From Paraspadella gotoi (Eukaryota; Animalia; Chaetognatha): a stretch of DNA of 64,000 nt. The translations under genes were made by a program, and so were the position numbers. Within the stretch, counting starts at the first letter, position 1. Each line of letters begins with the position of its first letter. Of this stretch, positions 11,972 through 25,310 are shown piece after piece. The stretch lies in the NCBI GenBank assembly GCA_051294375.1, contig CM119265.1, positions 3,035,256 through 3,099,255 on the forward strand, read 5' to 3'. The notes beneath the pieces were generated by a model. That model was not told the DNA's origin. It saw nothing but the letters and a program-made list of their open reading frames with translations, and made no database searches.

Positions 11972-13524
11972 GAGACGAACGAAGCAAACGCCGCCAAGAG
12001 AAAGACGCCGCGGCGAAGTCTGAAGGAAAATGATTCTTCGGGGCCGCTGATCGGAGATCGAAACAAAACAAACTAGTTATTTAAAAAAAAACTATTACAA
12101 AACACAGCGCAGGTTTTTCGCTCTCTTGATTTCGCCACCCTCTCCCCTGCTTTGTTTCCTCCATTGAACAAACACCCCCTCCTCCTCTGGCTAATTTGGT
12201 CATGACAGACTTTTTTCCCTTTTTACAGTTCCTCTGCCTCCATCTTTGGATGGAATTGAATCAAAACTTTAAAAAAAGTATTTCAATTCGTTACGTATTT
12301 AAAAACGATTAGACGAGATACTTTTTTTCAGTCACGTCCTCTGAGACTCTTTGTTCCTTACTCGGGCGTCGTCGTCCTCATGCCCTCGATTACTTTTCGC
12401 TTCCAATGAGCGAAAACTAATTTTGTTGTCTCGTTTCTTCTTTAATTTTTGTTTTCTACATCGTGAGATCAAAAATTGTGTCTCGATCTTTTTTTCCCTC
12501 TCCAGCTCCCTGGAATTTCGTTTTAGATACGAGTGGGAAAGTCAGTCATGCAATTTTAAAGCTAATTAGTGTCAACTTGAGAAAGAAAAGAAAAAAAGGA
12601 AAAAATCTGGTTAAATAAAAGGGATAAAAGGAAGACGGAGGGGAAAAAAGGTGCGAAGAGTCGAAAAGGTGGAAAAATCTTCGCATTCGTAAAGGCGACG
12701 AGTCTCTAGCGTCTATGACTTCGTAGATAATTTCGGCACCGGGAGTCAATCGTATTTTTGGTGTGACTTTTATTTATCGCCTTACCATAATAGTTTTTAT
12801 TTGCGTTAGTAAAAGAGGTTTAGAGCCAGTGACCATTTACCGTCTCCCTTTTGCCACATTTCGATCTCTTCATAAATCTTAACAGTAGATACTAAACACT
12901 AGATATCTATAGGAACATGGAAGCTTATTCCTAATGCCGAATTTCTCACATGTTGCCCTAAAAAGAAAAAGGGGCTTGGTTCTGGTTTTTTTTCTGTTCT
13001 TGGTTTGTAGTTTGCTAGCAGTAAAAGTGGTTTTGGATTCAACTTGGAACCTATTTCATCTCAACACAAACTTCCGTTTGTCTTCTGTTCTTTCCAAAAA
13101 GTTCCTCTTTCGTCAAGTCGCACATCGTTGAGAAACAAAACGGCATCGGCGTCCGCGTAGCATTGCGCGGTCGAGAGTCCGCGCCACACGCGATTGTGTT
13201 TCCGGAAGCGACAGGCTTCTTATCTCGAGGTAAACAAATTAACTGGTTGAACTGGTAACGACTGCGCTCGCCCTCCTTGTTTTCCTGTTACGTTGGATAG
13301 AGAGAGAGTTTTCTTGTTATGCCAAATCTTAAGGCGCCGCGTCTCTTCTCTTCGGAATTTTTTTTTTTTTTTTGTTGCCAATTTATTTTTCCCGCTTTTC
13401 AATTTTAAAAAAGTCGTCGTCGTCATTTACTTCCCTTATATTTTGGGGAGTTTTTTTATCGCTTTCCATCTCTCCTCTCTCTCCACACTTGACGGTCTTG
13501 ATCGGCATTTGACATGCATCCTTG

Positions 13525-13565
<41 letters not shown>

Positions 13566-15815
13566 CGCCGGCGCTGCAAGTGGCGCGCATTTGCTTCTGG
13601 TTTTCATCGCCGCTTTTTAAACATTCTGCCGGCATTTTTTTATTATTTAAACTTTGATGGATTAATCTAGTATCGGGAAATTGGTTGTTTTTTTTTTTCA
13701 CTCTGCGTAAAGATTTTACGATGATCAGATTTTTCCCAGCTCCGTTTTCATCGAAATGAGTTTTTCGTTATCCGGTTCGGATTCATTGCATCTGGTTTTC
13801 GCTCTTCGCGATGGTTCAATTCTCTCGACTCTAAGATCCCCTTGTTTGATTTGTCAATTTTTTTAATATTTAGTGTTTATTATCTCATGTGAATGTTCTC
13901 CTATTTAAAAAGTCCCTTAATATACACCTTTTAGTTATTCGTTTAGTCGACTTCTAACGTATAAAACTTTATATAAGAACGCCGCGGGCAAAATTCGTTA
14001 ATTTTAAAACTGTGGGAAGTCTTTCCGAACTTAAAACACTGTAATCTGTGATGTTTTGAAATTTTGGTGAAAGTGAAAATATTGGAGATCTGCCTCGAAG
14101 AGCGTTACGAGTTTAGGAGAGGAAGTTTGGATGAATTATGGCGTCAACTGTCGGCCAAGAGTTTTGACTTGTTTTTCTTTAGCCGGCGCCGCTTTTCCGC
14201 CTGTATTTAACCGGACCACAATTAGATAAAACATGGATCTGAGCCGGGCAAGCCTGGGCATTTTCTTATATACACTTCCTTAACATACTTAAAATAAACG
14301 TGTGTTCTTTGAGGAAATTTTGCTTAACAATTCTTAGCGACTCTGAAAATGAAGCGAGCGACCTCGAAAAAACGCCCCACCCTTGGCGGGTCGCCGCCGA
14401 CGCCACCCAGAAAATGAGCTTAAACTTTGGGAGAGAAATTGGACGGACGTTCTTTTTCTTTGGTTCGACTTTCTTATCTCGGAACGATTTTTCTTGCTTT
14501 TCCTCGCGTCTTTATCGCGGGAGAAGAGATGAAGGATGGTCGCTGGAGAGAGAATGAGGTTATGGTAAAAAGGACTCTGGGCATTAGAGAGAACAAAGAG
14601 AATATAAGGAACATGAAAGGACCAGGAGATTTGGGATCAATTAGATCACTACCAGGAATTATCGGCCCTCGATTCGCGGAGTGGGGGAACTAAGGAGATA
14701 AAGAGGAAGGGAGTTGATTCGATGAGAGACTTGGTTGAGAGGGGGGTTGACAGGGTGTAAATGGAGGAGAAAAACGTGAAGAAAATAAAAGGGAAGGAAA
14801 ATAGGATAAAGTTTTGAAGTGGGTGGATCCAGAGGCTGTATTTGTCTGGAAAGGGCGAGGAAAGGCTTATTTTTCCCAGCCTTAATTCCACTTGGTTAAC
14901 AGAGATATAGACTCATTCCACGGACAAGATCGAGGTAACATTTGGGACGCGGCTGGATTCTCGACTCCAATCTCCAAGATTCTCTCTCTCTCCCTCGGAC
15001 CTCTCCTCCTCCCTTCTGCGAAATCGACGAGTAAACTTCTCGTTTCTTTTTCTCCTTCAAAAATTGTGATGAACAATTTTTCCCTCGCTTCTCTTTTTCA
15101 TTTCTCCAGTATCGGATTCTTCTTTTTGGATCTTTATTATTTCGGTATAAATCTGGACCGACAGATCTATTTTTATTCTCCTCTTGCTCCCAAAGCGCAA
15201 CACACAATTCTTCCGAAAAAAACATCTTTTTATTTTGTCCGTCGCTCTCTTCTTCTCACAAAACTCAAATGCCGCCATCCTCTAAAAAGTGTCGAGTGTG
15301 AGTCATCGGCTTTTCGGGGACACAACGCAACACACAAAAAACAAACTCGGATCGGGGAAAATGAATACATAAACATTCCAGTCGGGAGAGAGAGAGAGAG
15401 TGAAAAAAAGAAAGAAACAAAGCAAGCGAGGTTGACGAACCGAGGGAGAGGACCCCTTTTTTTAAATCATTTATGAATCTGCGTGACTTGGACCCTTCGA
15501 CTTCTATATTTTTTTTACTTAAAAACTTTTTTTTAGTTTTCTTTCAATACGATGGTTTGTGTATATTTCGAGGCGCATTTGATCTCCGTTGCTTAATATC
15601 TCTCAATTGCTTCACCTCAATCACAGATTCGTTTTTTAAAGTTTTTCATTGTCTATGGGCGATTTTTAAAAAAAAATATAAAAAAAAAGTCTACGAAGTT
15701 TTCTTTGTTTCCTGCGTTTTTATCGTCTTCCAGTCCGGAGAGGCAAGAGAGACTCGGAGAGAAAGAGAGGATGAAGGATGATAAAGTTTTAATAAAATGT
15801 CCGTGTTTACTATTA

Positions 15816-15867
<52 letters not shown>

Positions 15868-15988
15868 CGCACACGCAAGCTCTAAACCTGAAGCCTCTTC
15901 GCCAGGAGGCGAGAACAAAGAATCAGAGAGAAAAAAAAGAAGTAAAAGAGGTCGAAATCGCTCTCCTGCTCTTTGAGCTCCTGCCTTT

Positions 15989-16037
<49 letters not shown>

Positions 16038-19000
16038 TCCTCGTAATCAGCCAGGGCACGGAGACTTGGCGCGTCTCCGATGCCGGATTTAATTTCGTGC
16101 GCGACACCGGAATATTATTTTCTCATCCGTGCTCTCAAAGAAGTTATATATCGTTTCTCTGGTAAGTTAAAAAATATGCAAATTCCCTGTCCATGGGTTG
16201 CGAGCTTCTTGTGCGGATTCCTTTTAATCTTACAAATGCTGCGTCATCGCATTTTTTTGTTTATTTGCTCCACTTTTTCGCAGCCCGCATATATAACATC
16301 TTTACGAATTCGCCCAATCGTCTTTTTTCTTTTGACAAAGGTCTCTAACCCCGTTTTTGCTCGTCGACTCTATAACCCGACCCGTTTCGGGCGTGGTCGA
16401 TCTGATATCGAAGTTTTTTCAGTTATTTTGCGAACAGTGTTCCTGTTTAAGAATATTAAATTACGGGACGAGCTTCGTTTTCGTGAGAGAGATTGTTTTT
16501 GGGCGGTCCTTGTCATAATATAGACTTTCAACTTTTCGTCTTTTTTGGTCGTTTAAAAAATTCGGTGATGACTGTGATCATTAATTGTTATGGTTATCAT
16601 CTGACTGTTCTTGCTACCAGGATCGAACCAATGTTGTTTCACTGTAAGTTATTTTTTTCCCTTAAATAAGACTTTGAAATTCCTGTTTTTGTTTTTTTTT
16701 AGGCTCATAACTTGGATCAGGAATTTCACTTCCTCCTATTCGACCCCATCACCATCGGTTTATTTATTTTAATCTCCGGAAAGATGATAGCTTTTTTTTA
16801 TTTGCCAGGACTGTCTCAAAGATACACAAAAATTTAATAACGCTCTACACCACAGAACTTCTCCAATTTTAAGTTGCGCAGCGAGTAATCGCGAAGCAAA
16901 TCTATAAGTCGGTCGGTCAGTCGATGTCGGTATGTCTGTCCGTCGGTCTGTCCCACTTACGTTAAAAATGTTCATAACTTGTATCGTTGGTTGCTCATTG
17001 GTTAAGAAAGAAAAAAACTTAAAATCTAAGTGACTGCTCGCGTCTCCTTCGGGAAATCCTAAAACTATAAAGAATAAAAGAGGAAATTTCGATGTAGTGT
17101 ATCATAAATACACGGGCTCAGAAAGTTATTGTAGTCGTGTCATGTTACGAGAGATATACATAAGGCAGTCACTGCGACGCAACTCATTTGAATCACCGTT
17201 CTTGTTTTCATTTCTTATATAGCAATCCTGACTCTCCCTTAACACCCTTCAATTTCTCTCCCCCGAGGTTACCTCTGAATAATTAAGTTTCTGAACCGTA
17301 ACGATAATGTCTTGGCTTTATACGGGCCCATCAAAAGTGGAGAGGGGGGATCGATCGGATTAGTTTGTATTATATTAGTTTTATTTTTTTATTTGATTCT
17401 CCTCTGTTTATCAATCATTATCAGTTTTATATCTTGGCGCGAGATGCTTAGCTTTACTAAAAAGCTGATTCGTGCCACAGATGGGGTGGTCTCCCGAGGG
17501 GGGCCTCCAAAGTTGATTTTAGGCGCAGAGCTGGACAGTTTTTTGTTTTCCAGTATTTGACTCATGATTGTCTTATGGTTATTTTTTACGAGGCCCTGAT
17601 GGCCATTGATCTCGTCTACAATCCCAACGCGCACTGCCGTGGTCAGTTTGGAGGGAGGGGGGGGTTAGAGGCAGCAGTCGACTGGGATGAATAGTCATGG
17701 ATGAGAAAGAACCGGTTATTCGGAACGAACCTTCGACTTCATGGTTTTTTTACGACTTATCTTCATCTCTTTCTCTCTCTGGCTCTTGCTCTTTTTCCAT
17801 CTGCGATTCTCCATTCATAGTCACTAGTCGGGTAATTTTTACTTCTACCGATCAGTACGCATAGCATAAAATCGCCTAAGTCCTCATGCCCCTGATCGTC
17901 TTTTTTTTTTTTACTATCATGGCTTTTATTTTAAATTGAACAAATTTAAGCCATGTTAATTAATTTTTTAACCGACAAGTTAAAAGTTTATAAAAAGTTT
18001 ATAATTCATAACTCGGGTTTCTAGGCTTCTCTTTTCTTTAACCAATTCTTGATTTTATCATTACCGTCGAGTATTTTTTCCTGGGATCGTTTGAGGAATG
18101 TTTTAAAAGCGAAGCCGGAGGACTACAAGTTAATTATCACTATTTTATTTGAAAGAAGTTAATTCGATTAGGATCCTTTGATTAGTCGGTAAATGTCCCA
18201 CTCTCCGAGGGGCCCTCCTGATCCCTCTCTCTGCTTCTCGCTCTTTTTTTTCCCTCGCCTCGAGAGAACTTAACCGAAGGAATTTTTGAAGCTGCACACT
18301 CACACTCATAAACAATTCCGAAGATGCTTGGCATATTTCTTGATCGTCGACGGGATCGGGTGCGCGATAGAAGTGAAAGAGATGATTAATTATTCCTTCG
18401 ATTCTCTTTTTTTTCTTCGGTCACTTGAACGATCATCGGCCAAATGATGACTTTCTCCCCTCGCTGCCCGTCCCGCTGCCCCGAGTCCTCTCGAAACTCG
18501 GCCCGTCGGGGTTAATTCGCCTGAACTTTCTCTTGCCTTTCCCTCTTTTTTTTGTCGGTCGATTTTCTCGGAATTTATTTAAAATGTTCTCCCCCCATTG
18601 CCCCTCAAAATTGACCCGGTGATGAAATTAGTTCGACTCGTCCCCCTTTTTAACGAGGCGCGGGAACCTTAAATCTTCCTCCCCCGCGAGTTTTCCCGCT
18701 GAATCGGATGCCCAAGCCCTTGTTTCTGTCCTCGTGTCTGGCGAGGTTGTTTATAGAATCGAGTAACAGTAGTCCAGTAGTGGGGGGGAAAAATAGCTTT
18801 TTGTGACTTTTGACCCCGGCCAAAACAATCGCGCCCCCTTTTTTGGGGGGGCCTCACCCGTTCGCAGCTTTTCGACCTTTCGACTCTGACTCACTCGGTG
18901 AAACGGATCGGCGTCTCGGGAGAGAGAGACTCTGCCCGACTGGGATGGCCGATCCTCTGCCCGATGCGGAGTCTGCCCGAGCGAGAGAGAGAGAGAGATC

Positions 19001-19041
19001 GATCTCGTAGATTTCCTCACTCAAAGTTCGGTTCAGAATCG

Positions 19042-19077
<36 letters not shown>

Positions 19078-22000
19078 TCATCGAAATCTACATTCTTTTC
19101 GTCCCTAGTTTCCAATCCACGTCGGGCCGGATCTGTTTCTCTCTCCCGCACCCGCTTTAATATTCGGGAGAAAATCGTCTTTTACTTTTTTTCCTTTTCA
19201 TTAATATTTCAGCGCGTATCTGGTTCACTTCTCGACGAGGGAGAGGTCGACCTGGTCTGTCTCTCTCTCTCTCTTTCTCTCAAAAAGAGTTACGTGAAAG
19301 AGCTTCCTATCAATCACGTCGCCATTCACCTGGCAACCTGTTTCGAGGCGAGTCCTATCGACACTTCTCCACTTCTCTGGCAGTGAAATGAGAGACGCTC
19401 CTCTCCCGCCATTCAGCTGGGGGAGTTCCAACCCCACTCTTTCCCACTCTCGATCGCGGACATCCGCGTATTTATTCTAAAAATTAAAAAAAATTGTTAT
19501 TTTTCAACTTTCGTTTTTTCCTCTTTTTATTTTTTACTCCCTCAACGGAATATTTATTTTCCCTGGAGTTTGGTCTAATCGACTTCGGCATCTATATTTT
19601 CACTCCTTTCATCTTTCACGATTTTCGCTTAAATACCCACGAAAAAATTCCCTCCCGAAAGGCCATTTTTCTCTCTAGATAAAAAAAAATCTTCGATTTT
19701 TCATCTTTTTGAAAACCAAACTAACTTTTACTATTACTAAAAATCGCCCAGTATTTTCGTGAATTAAGCGAATTTACACTTTTTTACGATTTTTCTGTTT
19801 TTTCACCGTTTTTTACTTTTGTCTCGACATCCTCTTGGTAGGTTTGGGGTGTGGTTTAGGAGAAGTTGCAATGAATTCCCTATTGGTCTTTTCATAGTCC
19901 ACGAGAAAGCCTAAAACCTCGAATCACGGCTTATTTAGTTATTATATTCATCAACATGGTTCGTACGAGTTATGTGATCCTCATAGCGAGACAACATTTT
20001 CGACCTCCCGCGTCAGACGTACGTGTACTAGTTTTAAAAATATCCGTACATTAACGAGGTTCTCTGTTTTCCTGTCTTCAAATCATTTCACCTCTCAACC
20101 TCTCTCGCTCCTCGTGATGCAAATAGATGTTTTTTAACTTTTTTGTTTTCGCTTTCACTTTGTTCTTCCGCTCGTATTTATATTTAATCAGCGTCGACAT
20201 TAATTAGATTTGGCTTCTTTTCATTCGTCTCAATTTCTCTCCTGAGTCATAAGGATTCACGTATAATACACTTTTTAATTTCTAAAGTCGTTACTTTGTG
20301 GCCATAATAACTTCATTTTTGTGTTGGGGTTTATAAAATGGCTCGTTTTATTTTTATCATTTCTACTAGTTTTCGAATTTTTTCTCGTCTTTACGAGGAT
20401 AGAACGACTTTTTTTTACGGCCCTCCACTCGATTCTGATGACTTGTCCTTGGGAGTGGAAAATGTGAAAGGGGAGGTTAAGGAGAAAATACTGTGGTCCT
20501 TGGTGTGGTTCGGTGAATCGAGTGATTTTTGGGGGTCGGGGGCTTGCACTGGTCCTTCAAGTGAGAACCGGTAAAATAGTACACTTCGAGGCATGTAATG
20601 TTATCTTGAAATTCTTTTTTCAGCCACGCCTCAGCTGCCTTAATCAAAATATTATTAGTTTCTCATTTGATTTCATTTACTTTGACATAATCTTCCTACC
20701 TTGACTTTTAATATCTTGGACCATAGCACAAGGAGCCGAAGTTGAACAAAGTCACTGTGTGAAAAGTGAATGGAAGAGGTTTTTGAAATATGAAAAACTT
20801 AGAAGCGTCTGAAGAAAAAAGAACGACCCAAAAAATGTTTCGCTCCAGGCCACTGGACCGATGCCCTAAGGGGAAAGATATTTTAAGACGGATCTTTCCT
20901 TCTCTTTCCCATTTAATAGTCGTCAAATCGTTACTCGGAATATTTTTGATGATTTATCGAGTCATAGAAAGAGAAAATAAATAGGTTATTTCGCCCTTCT
21001 TCTTTCAACTCGAGCATGACATGGATCATTGACGAGAAGACAATGGGATTTCTTGTATAGAATCGAAAAAAGAAAAGGGCCCAGTCTATCGAAACCCGAG
21101 GTGTCTCATTTGAACCATGTCTTTTTATGAAGCGTGCGAATTATGCCACTCCTCTCTGGTCTCTGCACTCAATAACCTCTCCTTCCCTCGCTCTCTCTCT
21201 TTCATTACTGAAATCAAATATTTAGCTCTCTCGATTTTCCTTCCAACTTTCCTATTATGGGCAATTTAATTTTATGCTTGGTTAATAAGATGTTCGTCTA
21301 CTTGCCTATACTCATTTTAATTTGCTCTATTTTTTTCCAATTTCTGCTTCTAATGCCAAATGTTAAAACTTAAGTTTGAAATCATTAACTGATTAATTTG
21401 TTTTTGCGATAGGAAAAAAAATATTCAAAGAATGTATAATATGGTACATCAATGAGTCTCTCTCTCTCTCTTTTTTTTTCCAGATTTTTTGAAGTCCTCC
21501 AAATTCCCAACCCTTGAACGTTTGTGATCTCTTTTCCTCTTCTCGCATCTTGACTCAACTTAATCAAACATTTGTCTTCATTTTCCCTGTTTGCTTAGGG
21601 TCTAGTTTCCTCTCTAATTTGAACCCCGATATTCTGAACCTCTCTTCGATTCAGGGCATAGAGAAGGGGGGGAGAGAGTTGATAGTTGGGCGACCGAGTG
21701 CTTCATGCTTCTTTAAATCAGATTTCGTAAATAATAATAATCTAATTAAGCCTGGTTAGGGACGAGGGAGGAATTTGAAATGCATCGGAAAAGAAAGTAA
21801 AAAATGTGGTTTTGGCTAACTGACAATTGACTTCTCAGCTTCGGACATTGATTCAGTATTTTGTCGTCTCTATTTATTCCAAGAATAAGTCGCACCAATT
21901 ACCTGGTTCTCATTCTCTGGCATTTATTTTCTGGCCTTTGTATCGGTGTCTAAATTATTTGTCTTTGCGTGTCTGTCAGTTGGCGTCACCTTCGACTTTT

Positions 22001-22910
22001 CTTACGATTCGAAATAAACTGGTTATATTGAAGATCTGGCCTTCGAGTGTCTTTCTTTTGTTTCTCAAATGGAATAACAACCTTTATAAAGTCCTTCTTA
22101 AAAAGGGAGTTTTCCTTTCCTCCCCCTTATCGATTCTCCTTCGTCTTAGTCGCTGGCTCTTAAAAAATAAATATTTGGTTTATTCGGCTCTCGTTGTTTT
22201 TACGCGACTTCTACTTTTTTTCGGAATTCAAAGAATTTGTTTGTTTAGTTATTGTACGTTAGGCTCGTTACGCTGCGATCATTGCAATCTTTTATTATGG
22301 CTGTGTTTTTTGTAAGTTTCGTTTTTCCGTCCGCTTTCTCTCTTTCCGGCTCGCAGCTGTGCTTGTTATTTCGTCCGCCGAGAGGAGCGTCCTTCAAATC
22401 GTCATCTCTACGATGATGACGACGACGACGATCAAAACCTCTTCGGACGGAGAGTGACTTTTCTCTTCGACGAGTCGCGTCCCAAATCGCAATTCAAATC
22501 TAAATCCCAACTCGGATCCTCGATAATCATCTTCTCCAATCTCCGCGAGAGACAAAGAAAATGGAAAAATATAGTGAATCGCTTAGTCGGCCCGACATAA
22601 TGTTATGGATACATCATTAATTTTTGAAAATCTCGTTTCTTACAATTTTGAAAGTTTTAAACGTTTGTGCCGAATTATCAAAACGGAGTAAAATAATTAT
22701 GAAATAGCTTTTACGGTATTTTACAACCCAAGAAAAATATTATTAGATCATAATATCAAAAATAATAAAACAAACTGGGTCGGCAAAAAACGAGCCTATA
22801 ATTTGCGGTTTTGAAAATAAGTAACCAAACCGGTGCCAAAAGGAAGCGGGGGGAAAAAAGGCAGATCTCCGAAAATCGCCAGAGGAATCAAGATTCCTAA
22901 TTTTTTTTAA

Positions 22911-22944
<34 letters not shown>

Positions 22945-24166
22945 CATGTACCAATTTTTCTCCCTTTTCCTTTTATCAGAAAATCGGTAATAAAACTCTG
23001 CAAAGCCAAAGGCGATATTTTTTTCCGATAGCGCGCTGGCGGCTCTCTCGCGGCTCAAACCCCGCGCTCCATTTTAATGGCAGAAATTCGATGAAGCCGA
23101 GTGATAGTGCCTCGCCTTCTTTATGGCCAACGATCTTACTTGTCTTACATTACTTGTATTATACTTTTTATACTTTTGTGTTCCTCAAAAAATTTGAGGT
23201 CATCCCAGTGGGACTTTCTTTACCTTAATAAAGTCGCCGCTTTGTCTGTAAAAGTTTTCTTTTCTCCCCATTTACTTAAACATGCAAATTATTATGATGT
23301 AACAACGAAAAAGCCGTTCGTGCCTCTGAGCAATTTTCGTGTCCAGGGCCGGCGGCGGCGGCGGCTCTTTCTCTTCCTTTACTTTTCCCCTCTACCTCCT
23401 GTTTCCTTTCAATAATTAAAGAAAAGTTTTTTTCTGATCAAAACGACAACACCGAAACAATTTTGTTCTCTATCTTAATTTATTTTTATAACTTCTTAAA
23501 TCTTTATTCATTTTATTTCATTCCGTTTCGCTGTCATGGTTGACATGGATTACGACATTATTTATTTATAAATTTTGCTTTTTTTCCCCCTTTTTTTGCA
23601 GACATTCCCGCCTCTTTTTCACTTCACTTACACAGTATTCGTCTCTCACTCTTCTCGATCCGGTTTTTTTTAAAGAAAAAGAATATTCTCACTGCTCAAA
23701 ACTCACTCCCCCCCAAAAAAAAGTGCCTCCAATTTTTTTGAATGCGAAACAAAAAAAAAAGAAAAACAAACAACTCGAATAAGGAAAAGAAATAAGAAGA
23801 GGAAAGGCGCTATTCATCGTCGAACATCTCCAGCACGAAAAACTCACCCTCTCCGTTTTCCCATCCCCTCACCTCCCAATAAAAAAAGAAATTATTTATT
23901 TTTATTTTAATTCCCTCATCGTTCTCGGGTCTCTCGCAGCCAAGGAAAAGCGCTTCTTGCCAAATATAACTCGAAATAGAAAAAGTGCGCCGTTTTGTAT
24001 TAATTCCCTTTTCGGAGGCGCCTCCGCTGAATACATCGCGTCCGCTCTCGATCCAAAGCGATTTCCTGCTCCTCGGATTTAACTCCTCCTTTTTCAATCT
24101 CTTTTGAGATCGAGGCTTTCCGTTCTGCGGATTTAAAAACGAACTTTCTTCACGACAGCAGCAATC

Positions 24167-25252
24167 ATGGGCAGCACTCTTTCGACCTGCACTTCCGGAG
24201 CTCAGGCCGCGCTTCGGCGCAAGGACAAAGCCGCCGCACCGGGTGAGTTTCGTAGTGACCTCGTAATTTGATATTAAATGGGTGTCCCTGTGATGTATTA
24301 TCTTTGTTTCTTCCCCCGCAGGCGACAAACCGGCCAACGGGGACGCCACCACGCCTTCTAAGGAAGAAGCGGCTCCCGAAAAAGTAAGTGACTGAAGTAA
24401 CGTACGATTTGTTTGAATATATTATTATTGTCAACTTGAATGAATTTTATTGTGCTAAAAAGGTGGAAGTCACTGTGGACGGAGACGCACCTCCCGCGGA
24501 CGAACTTAAGGCCGACGAGAAGAAGTTGGCGGAGATCGAGGCCGCCGACGCGGGTGAGGCTGGGCTCCAACCTTTCTGGGTTTAACTTTAAGGGAATTTA
24601 AGTTTCTCTTTAATTGTTCTCTAATGAAAAAAGATCTCTTATTGCCTCCGACAAGCTATGAGGGGTTAAGGTCTCCATTCATCTTACAACATAGGTCTCT
24701 TTAAGCTCTCCGTTAAGACTCTGTCCCACACAGTTCATTATAAGAGAAACTGACTTGGTTTTGCTAAGGCTGCGAATGCTAAGTGGCTTAATGATGAACT
24801 TCTGTGAGAAGATTTCCACTTTTATTATGCGTTCTCCGCCGATTTAAACTCCCGGGATGGGGTGGGAGACTATCGTGAAGCGCTCAGCCCCAAAGATTCA
24901 CGCATTGGCGCTCCTTCTGTTTTCATATTCTTCCGCCAAAAAGTGAGGTTTAGCAGATTGGCAGGATGGAATCTTGGCATTTGGCAATCGAGGGTTGGAG
25001 AGGGGTTGGTTTTTTAAAAAAGTCTTTGTAAAAACATATTTTGACATTAGTTTTGATTTGTCGTTAAACTTTTGTGTTTGTCATTATTTCGATGTAATTT
25101 AGAGTGGGGAACGTTGATAGATGTGTTGATCTCGATAAAAGTCGAAAAGTTCACATCAAAATGCAAAAGGGGGCTGTTGAGAAGAAAGTATATTTGTTTT
25201 TGGTTTCGGGAAAGTTATAAATGGGAAGGAGCCGCATATGACTCACCCGAAC

Positions 25253-25310
<58 letters not shown>

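Noticed and set aside
12351-23782. Many 60-190 aa ORFs, including ERERER/SLSLSL peptides
   Set aside because: Products of (CT)n microsatellites and T-rich non-coding DNA, with no exon-like GC content or recognisable domains.
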